Positions 1-7,024 of a DNA stretch of 18,619 nt are shown here, one piece after another. The stretch is from positions 13,382 to 32,000 of the forward strand of contig CAZPBI010000003.1 of NCBI GenBank assembly GCA_964584825.1, in the 5' to 3' direction. Both the position numbers and the translations under genes were made by a program. The stretch's first letter is position 1, and each line of letters starts with the position of its first letter. The DNA comes from Candidatus Woesearchaeota archaeon (lineage in GTDB: Archaea > Nanobdellota > Nanobdellia > SCGC-AAA011-G17 > JACPIM01). The notes beneath the pieces were generated by a model. That model did not search any database. It was not told the origin of the DNA and was given only the letters and a program-made list of their open reading frames with translations.

Positions 1-2
1 AC

Positions 3-146
3 TCATTTTCTCACCAAATATCCATATTCATAAAGTGTTTTTTTCAATTCTTTTAATTCTCTCAAATTATCATTCAAATCTTCTTCATAATACTCCAACA
101 TTTTCTTGATTAATTTTTGCAATTTAATGCAATTCTGACATTTCAT
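3..146 (-). CDS. hypothetical 47-aa protein (N-terminal CxxC)
   Basis: Hand-translated, below the track cutoff: MKCQNCIKLQKLIKKMLEYYEEDLNDNLRELKELKKHFYEYGYLVRK. The ATG at 146-144 overlaps the upstream stop as ATGA. Ends in the recurrent GTGAGAAAATGA junction. Confidence 0.5.
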   Translation of the reverse strand: MKCQNCIKLQKLIKKMLEYYEEDLNDNLRELKELKKTLYEYGYLVRK

Positions 147-361
147 TTTTTCACTTTTAATTTCTTTTCAATTTTAATTATTCTCTTTTCTTGTTTATTT
201 AATTTGTTTATAAATCCTACCATATAATCAAACATTTTTTCAATAAAATCCGCTACACATTGATTAGAACAAAAATCCAAATCATGTTCTAAATGCCATC
301 CTTCTGATACAAGTGTGTTTTTCTTGCATACATTACATAAATATTTTTTACCTTTTTTCAT
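143..361 (-). CDS. small zinc-ribbon protein (72 aa from the internal ATG)
   Basis: Track ORF 143..421. The start at 361 is preferred because AAGGAGGAATGAAGAAATG supplies a GGAGG SD and this removes the overlap with 366..575. Cys pairs CNVC and CSNQC. Confidence 0.65.
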   Translation of the reverse strand: MKKGKKYLCNVCKKNTLVSEGWHLEHDLDFCSNQCVADFIEKMFDYMVGFINKLNKQEKRIIKIEKKLKVKK

Positions 362-365
362 TTCT

Positions 366-575
366 TCATTCCTCCTTATTTTTAGTTTTTTCCCTGTTTT
401 CATACTCCTTAATCTTATCAACTACTATCCTTTCGCCCAAATCAAAAGTGCTATATAATTCTGCTACTTCTATCTTTATTGGAGGATTAAATTCCCAATC
501 TTCTAATGCTTTTTCAAAAGTTTCTATAGCCTTATTAATTGCATTCATTATTTCTTTTCTATCTTCTACATTCAT
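366..575 (-). CDS. hypothetical acidic 69-aa protein
   Basis: Track ORF. SD AAAGGAGTGATAAAATG. E/D/K-rich and looks helical. Confidence 0.65.
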   Translation of the reverse strand: MNVEDRKEIMNAINKAIETFEKALEDWEFNPPIKIEVAELYSTFDLGERIVVDKIKEYENREKTKNKEE

Positions 576-579
576 TTTA

Positions 580-1188
580 TCACTCCTTTTTTATCTTTTG
601 CATCTCTTCAAACACATTCACATTTATTCCTTTTGTAATTTTATCAAGATATGTATTGATTGTTCCTTCTATTGGCTCTATCTTAACAATTCTAAATGGA
701 TTTTGAGCATAAGATATTGCAACATATCCAATAAAATTAAAGGTTTTAGGCAACTTCTCAACTTGCTCTAAAATTTCCTTCTTTGCTATTTCTGATATTT
801 GGTTCATATGCCTAATTCTAATTTCATAGATTTTATTTTCCTTGTCTTTTTCGTCTTTTTCATCTTGATTTTTAATATTTTCTTTTTTACAATATGAAAC
901 ATTGAATAAATGCTTTTCTTTATTTTTATCTATTATTGTCGCTAAATATGGAGGAAAACAATTAACATCTTTTTCAATTTTAATTATTTTGCCTTCACAT
1001 TTAAAATTACAATCATTGAAATTTACAAACACATAATCACCTTTTTTTAATTTTAATTTATATGTCTTTGATTTCTCTACATTTATTCTATGCTGAAGTT
1101 TATCTGTTTCCTTATTCAAATATGTTTCTATTATTGATTTTACACTTAGAAGGTCTTCTAAATTTTTAATTTCATCTTGTAGGTTCAT
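580..1188 (-). CDS. hypothetical protein, 202 aa
   Basis: Long minus-strand track ORF. Its ATG overlaps the stop of the upstream micro-ORF (ATGA). No motif recognised. Confidence 0.75.
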   Translation of the reverse strand: MNLQDEIKNLEDLLSVKSIIETYLNKETDKLQHRINVEKSKTYKLKLKKGDYVFVNFNDCNFKCEGKIIKIEKDVNCFPPYLATIIDKNKEKHLFNVSYCKKENIKNQDEKDEKDKENKIYEIRIRHMNQISEIAKKEILEQVEKLPKTFNFIGYVAISYAQNPFRIVKIEPIEGTINTYLDKITKGINVNVFEEMQKIKKE

Positions 1189-1337
1189 TCTTTCATCTCC
1201 TTATTTTCATCATCCTTAATATCATCATATATCAGCCACGCATCACAAACTATACATTCTGATTCAAAATCTCCACACCTCTTACCATATAACTTTTGTA
1301 TTTTCTTTTTTAACCAATTTAAATTATTCATATTCAT
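1185..1337 (-). CDS. hypothetical 50-aa protein (C..C..CxxC)
   Basis: Hand-translated: MNMNNLNWLKKKIQKLYGKRCGDFESECIVCDAWLIYDDIKDDENKEMKE. ATGA overlaps at both ends (1334-1337 and 1185-1188). Confidence 0.5.
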   Translation of the reverse strand: MNMNNLNWLKKKIQKLYGKRCGDFESECIVCDAWLIYDDIKDDENKEMKE

Positions 1338-1612
1338 TTCAACTCCTTTTCAAAAATACCTACAACAAATCCTCCAACAAATATTACAGCATTTACTATT
1401 AACAACATTAATGGTATACTTGTAGCATTAAATTTCAAAGGGTTTAACGCATATAAAATAATAATGCCCAATACAACAACCCATGTCATAACCATTGAAC
1501 ATACTATTGCCCACATAAACCCATTTTTCAATCTTCTCTTTATTCCACTAAAAATATCTACTTCCACATAACAATCTTTACATTTACCTTTTACTTTTAT
1601 CTTCATTTTCAT
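1334..1612 (-). CDS. small membrane protein, 2 predicted TM helices, N-terminal KVxGKCKxxCYVxV module
   Basis: Track ORF with GGAGG SD. Hydrophobic segments FMWAIVCSMVMTWVVVLGIIILYAL and IPLMLLIVNAVIFVGGFVVGIF. The N-terminus is paralogous to 2384..2866. Confidence 0.75.
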   Translation of the reverse strand: MKMKIKVKGKCKDCYVEVDIFSGIKRRLKNGFMWAIVCSMVMTWVVVLGIIILYALNPLKFNATSIPLMLLIVNAVIFVGGFVVGIFEKELK

Positions 1613-1618
1613 TCCTCC

Positions 1619-1837
1619 TCAAAATACAATGTTTAATTCTTTTTGCTTCTTTTCACTTTTATGAATTTGTATCATACTTACAAAATACATAAACACTCCA
1701 AAAATAACTGGTAAAATGTTCCATATTGCTATGCCTAATGCAATAATACTTAATCCTATCACAATACAAACAAAAAATATTGCTTGATATAATTCATACA
1801 CTTGCCACTGTGCTTCTGCGCTTAAATATTTTTCCAT
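1619..1837 (-). CDS. small membrane protein, 2 predicted TM helices
   Basis: Track ORF with SD GAGGAGGAATAGAATG. Segments AIFFVCIVIGLSIIALGIAIW and LPVIFGVFMYFVSMI. Confidence 0.7.
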   Translation of the reverse strand: MEKYLSAEAQWQVYELYQAIFFVCIVIGLSIIALGIAIWNILPVIFGVFMYFVSMIQIHKSEKKQKELNIVF

Positions 1838-1840
1838 TCT

Positions 1841-2092
1841 CTATTCCTCCTCAAAATATTCATCCCAAATAACAACAAACTCAGGATTATCTTTCTCATC
1901 AATTTTATTCATCTCACAAAAACTTTTCAAACTCTCAATACTATTTGCCACAAAACTTCCTCTTACTGCTCTGGGTTTATCTTCTTTAATGTAAACCATG
2001 CTTTCTTCATTACATCTTTCGCATTTCAATTTAATGAATTTGTTCTTCTCATGTTCTATAATCATTTTTCTTGCATCACAATTACATAGCAT
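1841..2092 (-). CDS. small zinc-ribbon protein, 83 aa
   Basis: Track ORF with SD AAGGTGACTAACAATG. CNC ... CERC cysteine pairs. Confidence 0.7.
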   Translation of the reverse strand: MLCNCDARKMIIEHEKNKFIKLKCERCNEESMVYIKEDKPRAVRGSFVANSIESLKSFCEMNKIDEKDNPEFVVIWDEYFEEE

Positions 2093-2109
2093 TGTTAGTC
2101 ACCTTCTTT

Positions 2110-2367
2110 TTAACCAAATGACATACTCCAATTACTCTCTCCTTCATTATAACATAAACACCTTGCACCCTTTGCCAAAGAAGGAAAGTTTATATCACAC
2201 CTCACCAATTTGTTGTATTTTGCATCATCTGATTGTTGCATTATTCTTAATGTCAAATCACAATAATCTTTCTCACTAAAGAATGCCAATACTAATGCAA
2301 TAACCAATATAAAACCAACCAAAAAATAAAGCATATTATTCAATTTCTTTTTGTCTTCTTTAATCAT
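2110..2367 (-). CDS. small membrane-anchored Cys-containing protein, 85 aa
   Basis: Track ORF. One N-terminal hydrophobic helix (MLYFLVGFILVIALVLAFF) followed by a domain with 4 Cys. Confidence 0.65.
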   Translation of the reverse strand: MIKEDKKKLNNMLYFLVGFILVIALVLAFFSEKDYCDLTLRIMQQSDDAKYNKLVRCDINFPSLAKGARCLCYNEGESNWSMSFG

Positions 2368-2383
2368 TATTCCATCTCATCCA

Positions 2384-2866
2384 CTAATCATCCCACCTAT
2401 AACCTTCCATTACTTTAATTTTTTCCCAATTCTCTTTTTCTTTTTTCTTGTATTTATCCCACAAACCTTCTTTTTTAACTTTTTTAATAGCCTTATCAAG
2501 AGATAGATGATGCTTATGCATAATACTTCCAATAAAATCTTTCCATGTCAAATCTTCTTCTAAATCCTCTTCTTTAATATACTCTTTGATGTTTTCCTCA
2601 TCATATTTATGTTCCTCCCAAAATCTCCAACTTAACAATCCAAAAACAACCCCAATAAATCCTACTATTCCACACATAACAAAAATGAAATCTGGTAGGG
2701 GTTTTGGTAAATTCTCTGGGCTTGCTATTCCTATTGAAACTGCTGCAATTATTAACATAATAAAAGCCCCAAAAATTCCAAATACAACAGCATAAGCTAT
2801 TGGCTTTACAATAGCCACATCAACATAACATCCTTCCTTACATTTACCTTCTACTTTGAATTTCAT
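2384..2866 (-). CDS. membrane protein, 160 aa, N-terminal KVxGKCKxxCYVxV module + 2 TM + charged C-terminal tail
   Basis: Track ORF. MKFKVEGKCKEGCYVDVAI aligns with MKMKIKVKGKCKDCYVEVDI of 1334..1612. TM segments IAYAVVFGIFGAFIMLIIAAVSIGIA and FIFVMCGIVGFIGVVFGLLSW. Confidence 0.75.
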   Translation of the reverse strand: MKFKVEGKCKEGCYVDVAIVKPIAYAVVFGIFGAFIMLIIAAVSIGIASPENLPKPLPDFIFVMCGIVGFIGVVFGLLSWRFWEEHKYDEENIKEYIKEEDLEEDLTWKDFIGSIMHKHHLSLDKAIKKVKKEGLWDKYKKKEKENWEKIKVMEGYRWDD

Positions 2867-3053
2867 TCTTAAATCCTCCTTTCCCAGTATGATAACCTAC
2901 CCAATAATAAAAAAATATTAAAACCAACACACTAATTCCAAAATCTTTTCTATCTGCAATTGCATAGAAAATCAATATAGAGGACAATAAAATAGTTATA
3001 AGTACTATAAATTCTGCTTCTTTTTTTATCAATTTTTTAAATTGCTCAATCAT
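2844..3053 (-). CDS. small membrane protein, 2 predicted TM helices
   Basis: Track ORF. Segments FIVLITILLSSILIFYAI and GISVLVLIFFYYWVGY. Overlaps the downstream gene by 23 nt. Confidence 0.6.
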   Translation of the reverse strand: MIEQFKKLIKKEAEFIVLITILLSSILIFYAIADRKDFGISVLVLIFFYYWVGYHTGKGGFKNEIQSRR

Positions 3054-3220
3054 ATTCCCAACTCCACTTCAATATTTTTGCATTTTGGGCAATGCCATAT
3101 TATTCCTCCACAACAAAATCTGTTTTTCGAAGCTTTATCATCAGCTCTATTACTTAACTGTGCAGATTCTACAGATTTCCCTCTCTGTATCATATCAATA
3201 TTACAAAATGAACATTTCAT
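3050..3220 (-). CDS. zinc-ribbon protein, 56 aa, tandem paralog A
   Basis: Track ORF 3050..3265 trimmed to the ATG at 3220 (SD GAGGTGGAGTGAAAGAATG). MKCSFCNIDMI...CPKCKNIEVELGI. Confidence 0.65.
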   Translation of the reverse strand: MKCSFCNIDMIQRGKSVESAQLSNRADDKASKNRFCCGGIIWHCPKCKNIEVELGI

Positions 3221-3224
3221 TCTT

Positions 3225-3377
3225 TCACTCCACCTCAATATTCTTGCATTTTGGACATTGAACAATTTTTCCTATTGTGAGAACTCCTTTTATTTTTTGA
3301 AGTTCAGATGTTGTGTTTATGAAAATATGTGTATCAGATTTTGGTATCATATCAACATTACAAAATGGACATCTCAT
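3225..3377 (-). CDS. zinc-ribbon protein, 50 aa, tandem paralog B
   Basis: Hand-translated: MRCPFCNVDMIPKSDTHIFINTTSELQKIKGVLTIGKIVQCPKCKNIEVE. SD TAAGGAGCTGAAATAATG. Both termini match the neighbouring gene 3050..3220. Confidence 0.6.
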   Translation of the reverse strand: MRCPFCNVDMIPKSDTHIFINTTSELQKIKGVLTIGKIVQCPKCKNIEVE

Positions 3378-3389
3378 TATTTCAGCTCC

Positions 3390-3566
3390 TTATTCTATTT
3401 CATCTATAATTTTTAATATACTTTTCTTAAAATCACCGAAAAAATCATTCCAAGAACCACAAAAAACCAATCCTCCATCTTCATCTTCACTCCAACTACT
3501 TTCAAATTCAGATATTTTTTCATCTATTATTTTTTCAATTCTTAATCTTGCTTCTTCTTTATTCAT
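3390..3566 (-). CDS. hypothetical acidic 58-aa protein
   Basis: Hand-translated: MNKEEARLRIEKIIDEKISEFESSWSEDEDGGLVFCGSWNDFFGDFKKSILKIIDEIE. ATGA overlap with the stop of 3563..3997. Confidence 0.5.
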   Translation of the reverse strand: MNKEEARLRIEKIIDEKISEFESSWSEDEDGGLVFCGSWNDFFGDFKKSILKIIDEIE

Positions 3567-3997
3567 TTTCTCAAACCCTTTCTTTTTTCATTTTCAATTT
3601 CAATCATCTTTGATATTTGATTTCTTCTTCTCTCCTCTATTCTAAACCAATCCAATCTTTCCTTTTCTATTGCCTTTAATTCTGAAATTGCCAATTTTAA
3701 TTTTTTATATCCTTCTTCTTTGTTTAACCATATAAAAGGGCATGGATTTATATTTTTTAAATACTTTTTTATTTTTCTTAGTGCTATTGTATCATCCTTT
3801 AATATCTTGCTTTCATAAGCACTCATTACATAATCTTTTGAAGCATAAACTAAATTTCCTATTGGGCAGTTTTTACATTCCTTATTAACATCTTCATTTG
3901 TATGGCAACCAAAACAATAACTTTCCAATAAATGGCACAGCGTTTCTGCAAATGCTGTTTCATATCCAACATAACCAAAAACATAATGTATTCCCAT
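3563..3997 (-). CDS. Cys/His-rich hypothetical protein, 144 aa
   Basis: Track ORF. CFGCH and CKNCP motifs, basic coiled C-terminus. TAATG overlap with the upstream gene. Confidence 0.7.
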   Translation of the reverse strand: MGIHYVFGYVGYETAFAETLCHLLESYCFGCHTNEDVNKECKNCPIGNLVYASKDYVMSAYESKILKDDTIALRKIKKYLKNINPCPFIWLNKEEGYKKLKLAISELKAIEKERLDWFRIEERRRNQISKMIEIENEKRKGLRK

Positions 3998-4275
3998 TAT
4001 TTCAGCTCCTTCTTAATCTGTCCATATTGTATCTCAGCACAATCTGCTTTTTCTTCACCTACAATTTCAATAATAATTTTATCCTTAATAACTACAGCAG
4101 AATACTTTCCACAAAACATACATGGCTCTTTCAATTTCATAATACAATCATTCTTATTAACTAAATTTCCAACCTTAAATGTTTTTAATCTATCACTTCC
4201 TAATGCTTTTGTTTGTGATGTATTTTCTTTATTGCAATAAACACATTTATATTTTACTTCATCATATGTTCCCAT
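3997..4275 (-). CDS. zinc-ribbon protein, 92 aa
   Basis: Track ORF. CVYC ... CMFC. One-nt overlaps at both ends. Confidence 0.7.
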   Translation of the reverse strand: MGTYDEVKYKCVYCNKENTSQTKALGSDRLKTFKVGNLVNKNDCIMKLKEPCMFCGKYSAVVIKDKIIIEIVGEEKADCAEIQYGQIKKELK

Positions 4276-4508
4276 TATTTTTTCCTCACTTTTTCTTCTA
4301 TTTCTTTTATTCTATTATGTAGATATTTAACCATACATTCAAGTGTATCAAAATGCAAATCTCTTAAACTTTCAAATATTGCTTCTTCTCTTGTTTTATT
4401 TATTGGTATAACAATGTTTAAACAGCCTCCATATATCTCTACTAATGTATCACATCCCTGAATAATTCCTTTACATCCGTCACACCTAATTACTTTTTCT
4501 GTTGTCAT
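4275..4508 (-). CDS. hypothetical 77-aa protein (CDGC motif)
   Basis: Track ORF, translationally coupled to its neighbours. Confidence 0.65.
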   Translation of the reverse strand: MTTEKVIRCDGCKGIIQGCDTLVEIYGGCLNIVIPINKTREEAIFESLRDLHFDTLECMVKYLHNRIKEIEEKVRKK

Positions 4509-4890
4509 TTTTTATTTCCTCCTTACAATATGGACAAACAAAATCCCCTAAATTCAAATCTATCTTTTTTCTTGCTCCACATTTTATACAATATTGAGGT
4601 TTATTTATTTTCAATGGTTCTAAACCCAAACTAAATTCTTTTTTCTTCTCACTATTTTCACATGATTTTCTTGCATTTTCCATTTCATTAATGCAACTTT
4701 TTCTTAATGGCTTTTCTTCTTTAGCAATTATCAATCTTCTTTTCTCTTCTGGCAAACTATTTTTCAATCTTAACAAATCTCTATTCACAACTTCTAATCT
4801 ATTTTTTAAGTTTGATAATTCCATTTTTCCTCTATCAATTAATCCTATTAATATTTTCCTTTTATCCCAAAGCTGTTCATAATCTTCCAT
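4486..4890 (-). CDS. coiled-coil protein with C-terminal zinc ribbon, 134 aa
   Basis: Track ORF. Heptad-like K/E/L-rich N-terminal half. CIKCG...CPYC at the C-terminus. Confidence 0.7.
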   Translation of the reverse strand: MEDYEQLWDKRKILIGLIDRGKMELSNLKNRLEVVNRDLLRLKNSLPEEKRRLIIAKEEKPLRKSCINEMENARKSCENSEKKKEFSLGLEPLKINKPQYCIKCGARKKIDLNLGDFVCPYCKEEIKNDNRKSN

Positions 4891-4892
4891 AA

Positions 4893-5441
4893 TTACCAGC
4901 CTCTTTTGCTTCTTAATTGTTTTACTCTCTGGCTACTTTCATGGTCTTTGATATAATGTAAAGTTTGATTCTCTGTCATATGTTCATAACTGCATTTCAA
5001 ACAATATTTTGCTATCCTTTTACCTCTCCATGTTATGTCAGCTCCACATTTTTCACATTTCCTTTTTTCAATTAGTGGTAAGATTTCTTTATTTTGTTCT
5101 TCAAATGTTTTTTCAAACTCAGTATTTAGATTTGAATATCTTTTCAATTCCTCTTCTAAAGATTTATTTCTTGTTCTTTGCTCAATAATTTTTTCTTCTA
5201 ATTTTTGTGATTTTATTTGTATTAGCAATTCTCTTTCTTTAATTCTTAATTCTTCTAATTCTTTACCTAAAGGAGTTTCATTTATCTTTTTTCTTTCTTC
5301 TCTAAGTTTTTCTATGTATTTTCTTCTTCGTAATTTTTTCCTCTCTGCAAGACATTCTTTCCTAAAACAATATTCAGACCCAAAAATTCTATTTTGCTCT
5401 AATTGTTGCCCACAATTCTTGCATAATCTTTCTTCAGACAT
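4893..5441 (-). CDS. coiled-coil protein flanked by two zinc ribbons, 182 aa
   Basis: Track ORF. N-terminal CKNCG-x12-YC-x4-C and C-terminal CEKCG-x12-YC-x2-C bracket about 100 aa of E/K/L-rich sequence. Confidence 0.75.
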   Translation of the reverse strand: MSEERLCKNCGQQLEQNRIFGSEYCFRKECLAERKKLRRRKYIEKLREERKKINETPLGKELEELRIKERELLIQIKSQKLEEKIIEQRTRNKSLEEELKRYSNLNTEFEKTFEEQNKEILPLIEKRKCEKCGADITWRGKRIAKYCLKCSYEHMTENQTLHYIKDHESSQRVKQLRSKRGW

Positions 5442-5598
5442 CTTCTCTACCTTCTAAAATAACATTCTCATCACTTTCCCAAAACCCATCATCATATTTA
5501 ATAACAACCTCATCTCTACAATCCTGACATGAAACTTCTTCAAGGTTATCAGTATAAAATATATTTCCACAAGAACAAATCTTTTTAAATGTTGTCAT
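5434..5598 (-). CDS. small zinc-ribbon protein, 54 aa
   Basis: Hand-translated: MTTFKKICSCGNIFYTDNLEEVSCQDCRDEVVIKYDDGFWESDENVILEGREDV. ATGA overlap with the stop of 5595..6002. Confidence 0.5.
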   Translation of the reverse strand: MTTFKKICSCGNIFYTDNLEEVSCQDCRDEVVIKYDDGFWESDENVILEGREDV

Positions 5599-5972
5599 TT
5601 TCTCACCACAATTTCAACGACATTTTCAATTTCATATCTTTTATTTAACTCACTGCACTCTTTACACCTTTTCAATAAATCTCCTTTTGATTTTTCTTTA
5701 TCAATAAATGTAAAATATTCACTATCTGACAAAAACTTATTATCATCTATCAATTTTATTTTTGAATTATGATTATATCCCCTTCTTATCATTTCATCTT
5801 TCAATTTCTCATGCCTGACAATCAACGATGATGGTTCTAATAAATTATTTTTCAAATAACCATCTATTTTTTTGCCTTTATTTATTGTTCCAATAAACAT
5901 ATGCAATTCTAAATGCTCTCCCAATAAATGCCTTCTGCACATTATTTTAGGATTTACCATCCACATTCTCAT
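5595..5972 (-). CDS. pyrimidine-dimer DNA glycosylase / endonuclease V-like protein (T4 DenV family)
   Basis: Track ORF 5595..6002. The ATG at 5972 is preferred (SD-like GGGGATGAAAAAATG, family-typical MRxW N-terminus). MRMWMVNPKIMCRRHLLGEHLELH resembles the MRxW...LLGEHRELH signature of bacterial homologues and QHLMAEYREL of T4 endoV. RHEKLKDEMIRRGYNH resembles RQIELIAECLKRGFNI of T4. Recalled from memory, not searched. Confidence 0.65.
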   Translation of the reverse strand: MRMWMVNPKIMCRRHLLGEHLELHMFIGTINKGKKIDGYLKNNLLEPSSLIVRHEKLKDEMIRRGYNHNSKIKLIDDNKFLSDSEYFTFIDKEKSKGDLLKRCKECSELNKRYEIENVVEIVVRK

Positions 5973-5985
5973 TTTTTCATCCCCA

Positions 5986-6171
5986 TTAATCTTCTTCTGC
6001 AATCAATTCAACTCTTGCTACATCTTTCATTTCCATCCCATTATATCCAATATTTTGCAATGCCTTTTTGACTGCTTCTTCAATATTTTGTGCATTAACA
6101 ACTACTTTGTCATAATTATCTCCAAATTCTACTTCCCATAATTTTGCTTTTGTTGTTTTTATGTTTTTCAT
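5986..6171 (-). CDS. hypothetical 61-aa protein
   Basis: Track ORF in series with its neighbours. Confidence 0.6.
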   Translation of the reverse strand: MKNIKTTKAKLWEVEFGDNYDKVVVNAQNIEEAVKKALQNIGYNGMEMKDVARVELIAEED

Positions 6172-6182
6172 TTTACATCACC

Positions 6183-6350
6183 TCAATAATATTTCCTTAA
6201 TGTATGTTCACAGCCACAAAATGAGCATTTTTGTTGGTCAAGAAATACAGCAATTGTTATTCCAAAAGGTATAAATAAATTTGCTTCACTCCCACAATTT
6301 GTGCATTCTGTCTTTACTTCATATGTCTTTTCTTTTTCCATATTTTCCAT
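6183..6350 (-). CDS. small zinc-ribbon protein, 55 aa
   Basis: Hand-translated: MENMEKEKTYEVKTECTNCGSEANLFIPFGITIAVFLDQQKCSFCGCEHTLRKYY. The ATG lies 2 nt after the upstream stop. Confidence 0.55.
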   Translation of the reverse strand: MENMEKEKTYEVKTECTNCGSEANLFIPFGITIAVFLDQQKCSFCGCEHTLRKYY

Positions 6351-6352
6351 CT

Positions 6353-6628
6353 CTATTTCTTTTTTAATAATTCTTTCTGTTTCTTTTCAAATGCTTCCCA
6401 TGCTGGTTTGCATTGAGGACATTGGCATTTTTTCAAGAATGCTTCTAACATCCACTTAACCTCTTCTGGGGATTTATAAAATAATGGTTCTTTATTGCCT
6501 TCTGCTTTCAACTCTTTAATTATTTTTTCCAGTTCTTTAATGCTTGCTGTGAATTCTAATCTAACATATTTTTTATGCCAATCTTTTATTTTTGGTTTCT
6601 CAAAACTTGCATCTTGACACAAAGCCAT
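6353..6628 (-). CDS. hypothetical 91-aa protein (CQCPQC motif)
   Basis: Track ORF with SD TTTAGGTGAAAAAATG. Confidence 0.65.
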   Translation of the reverse strand: MALCQDASFEKPKIKDWHKKYVRLEFTASIKELEKIIKELKAEGNKEPLFYKSPEEVKWMLEAFLKKCQCPQCKPAWEAFEKKQKELLKKK

Positions 6629-6641
6629 TTTTTCACCTAAA

Positions 6642-6794
6642 TTAAAATCCTATTTTTATTGTTCTTTTTCTTCCACATGAACAAACAAAATGAAAAATAT
6701 CAGAGTATTCCCATAACTTTTTATTTTTGAAATGATAATCCCCGCAATCTGAAGTTAATTCATATTTTTTACCACATTTACATTTCCATTTCAT
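6642..6794 (-). CDS. small zinc-ribbon protein, 50 aa
   Basis: Hand-translated: MKWKCKCGKKYELTSDCGDYHFKNKKLWEYSDIFHFVCSCGRKRTIKIGF. SD GAGGTGGAATAAAATG. Confidence 0.55.
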   Translation of the reverse strand: MKWKCKCGKKYELTSDCGDYHFKNKKLWEYSDIFHFVCSCGRKRTIKIGF

Positions 6795-6801
6795 TTTATT
6801 C

Positions 6802-6822
6802 CACCTCAAAAATTCTTCTTTA
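6802..6822 (-). repeat. 21-nt gene-junction repeat, copy 1 (cacctcaaaaattcttcttta)
   Basis: Exact 21-mer also at 7004-7024. On the minus strand it encodes the ...KKNF C-terminus, a stop and a GAGGTG SD. Confidence 0.9.
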
Positions 6823-6997
6823 CTTTGATTCCAATTTCACTCAATGCCCATTCCATTAATTTTAAATAATTATCATCTTTAAGATTGTTTATTGCATTCC
6901 ATAAGTCAAGATTTTGTGTGTAATCAGACACTCTGGCTAATTTATGAAATGACCAACACAACTTTTCTGATTGTTCTTGAGTTATTTCTTCAATCAT
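6806..6997 (-). CDS. hypothetical 63-aa protein
   Basis: Track ORF 6806..7006 starts at a GTG. The ATG at 6997 with GAGGTGAAAAGAATG is preferred. Confidence 0.6.
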   Translation of the reverse strand: MIEEITQEQSEKLCWSFHKLARVSDYTQNLDLWNAINNLKDDNYLKLMEWALSEIGIKVKKNF

Positions 6998-7003
6998 TCT
7001 TTT

Positions 7004-7024
7004 CACCTCAAAAATTCTTCTTTA
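7004..7024 (-). repeat. 21-nt gene-junction repeat, copy 2
   Basis: Exact copy of 6802-6822, at the 3' end of the adjacent gene. Confidence 0.9.
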
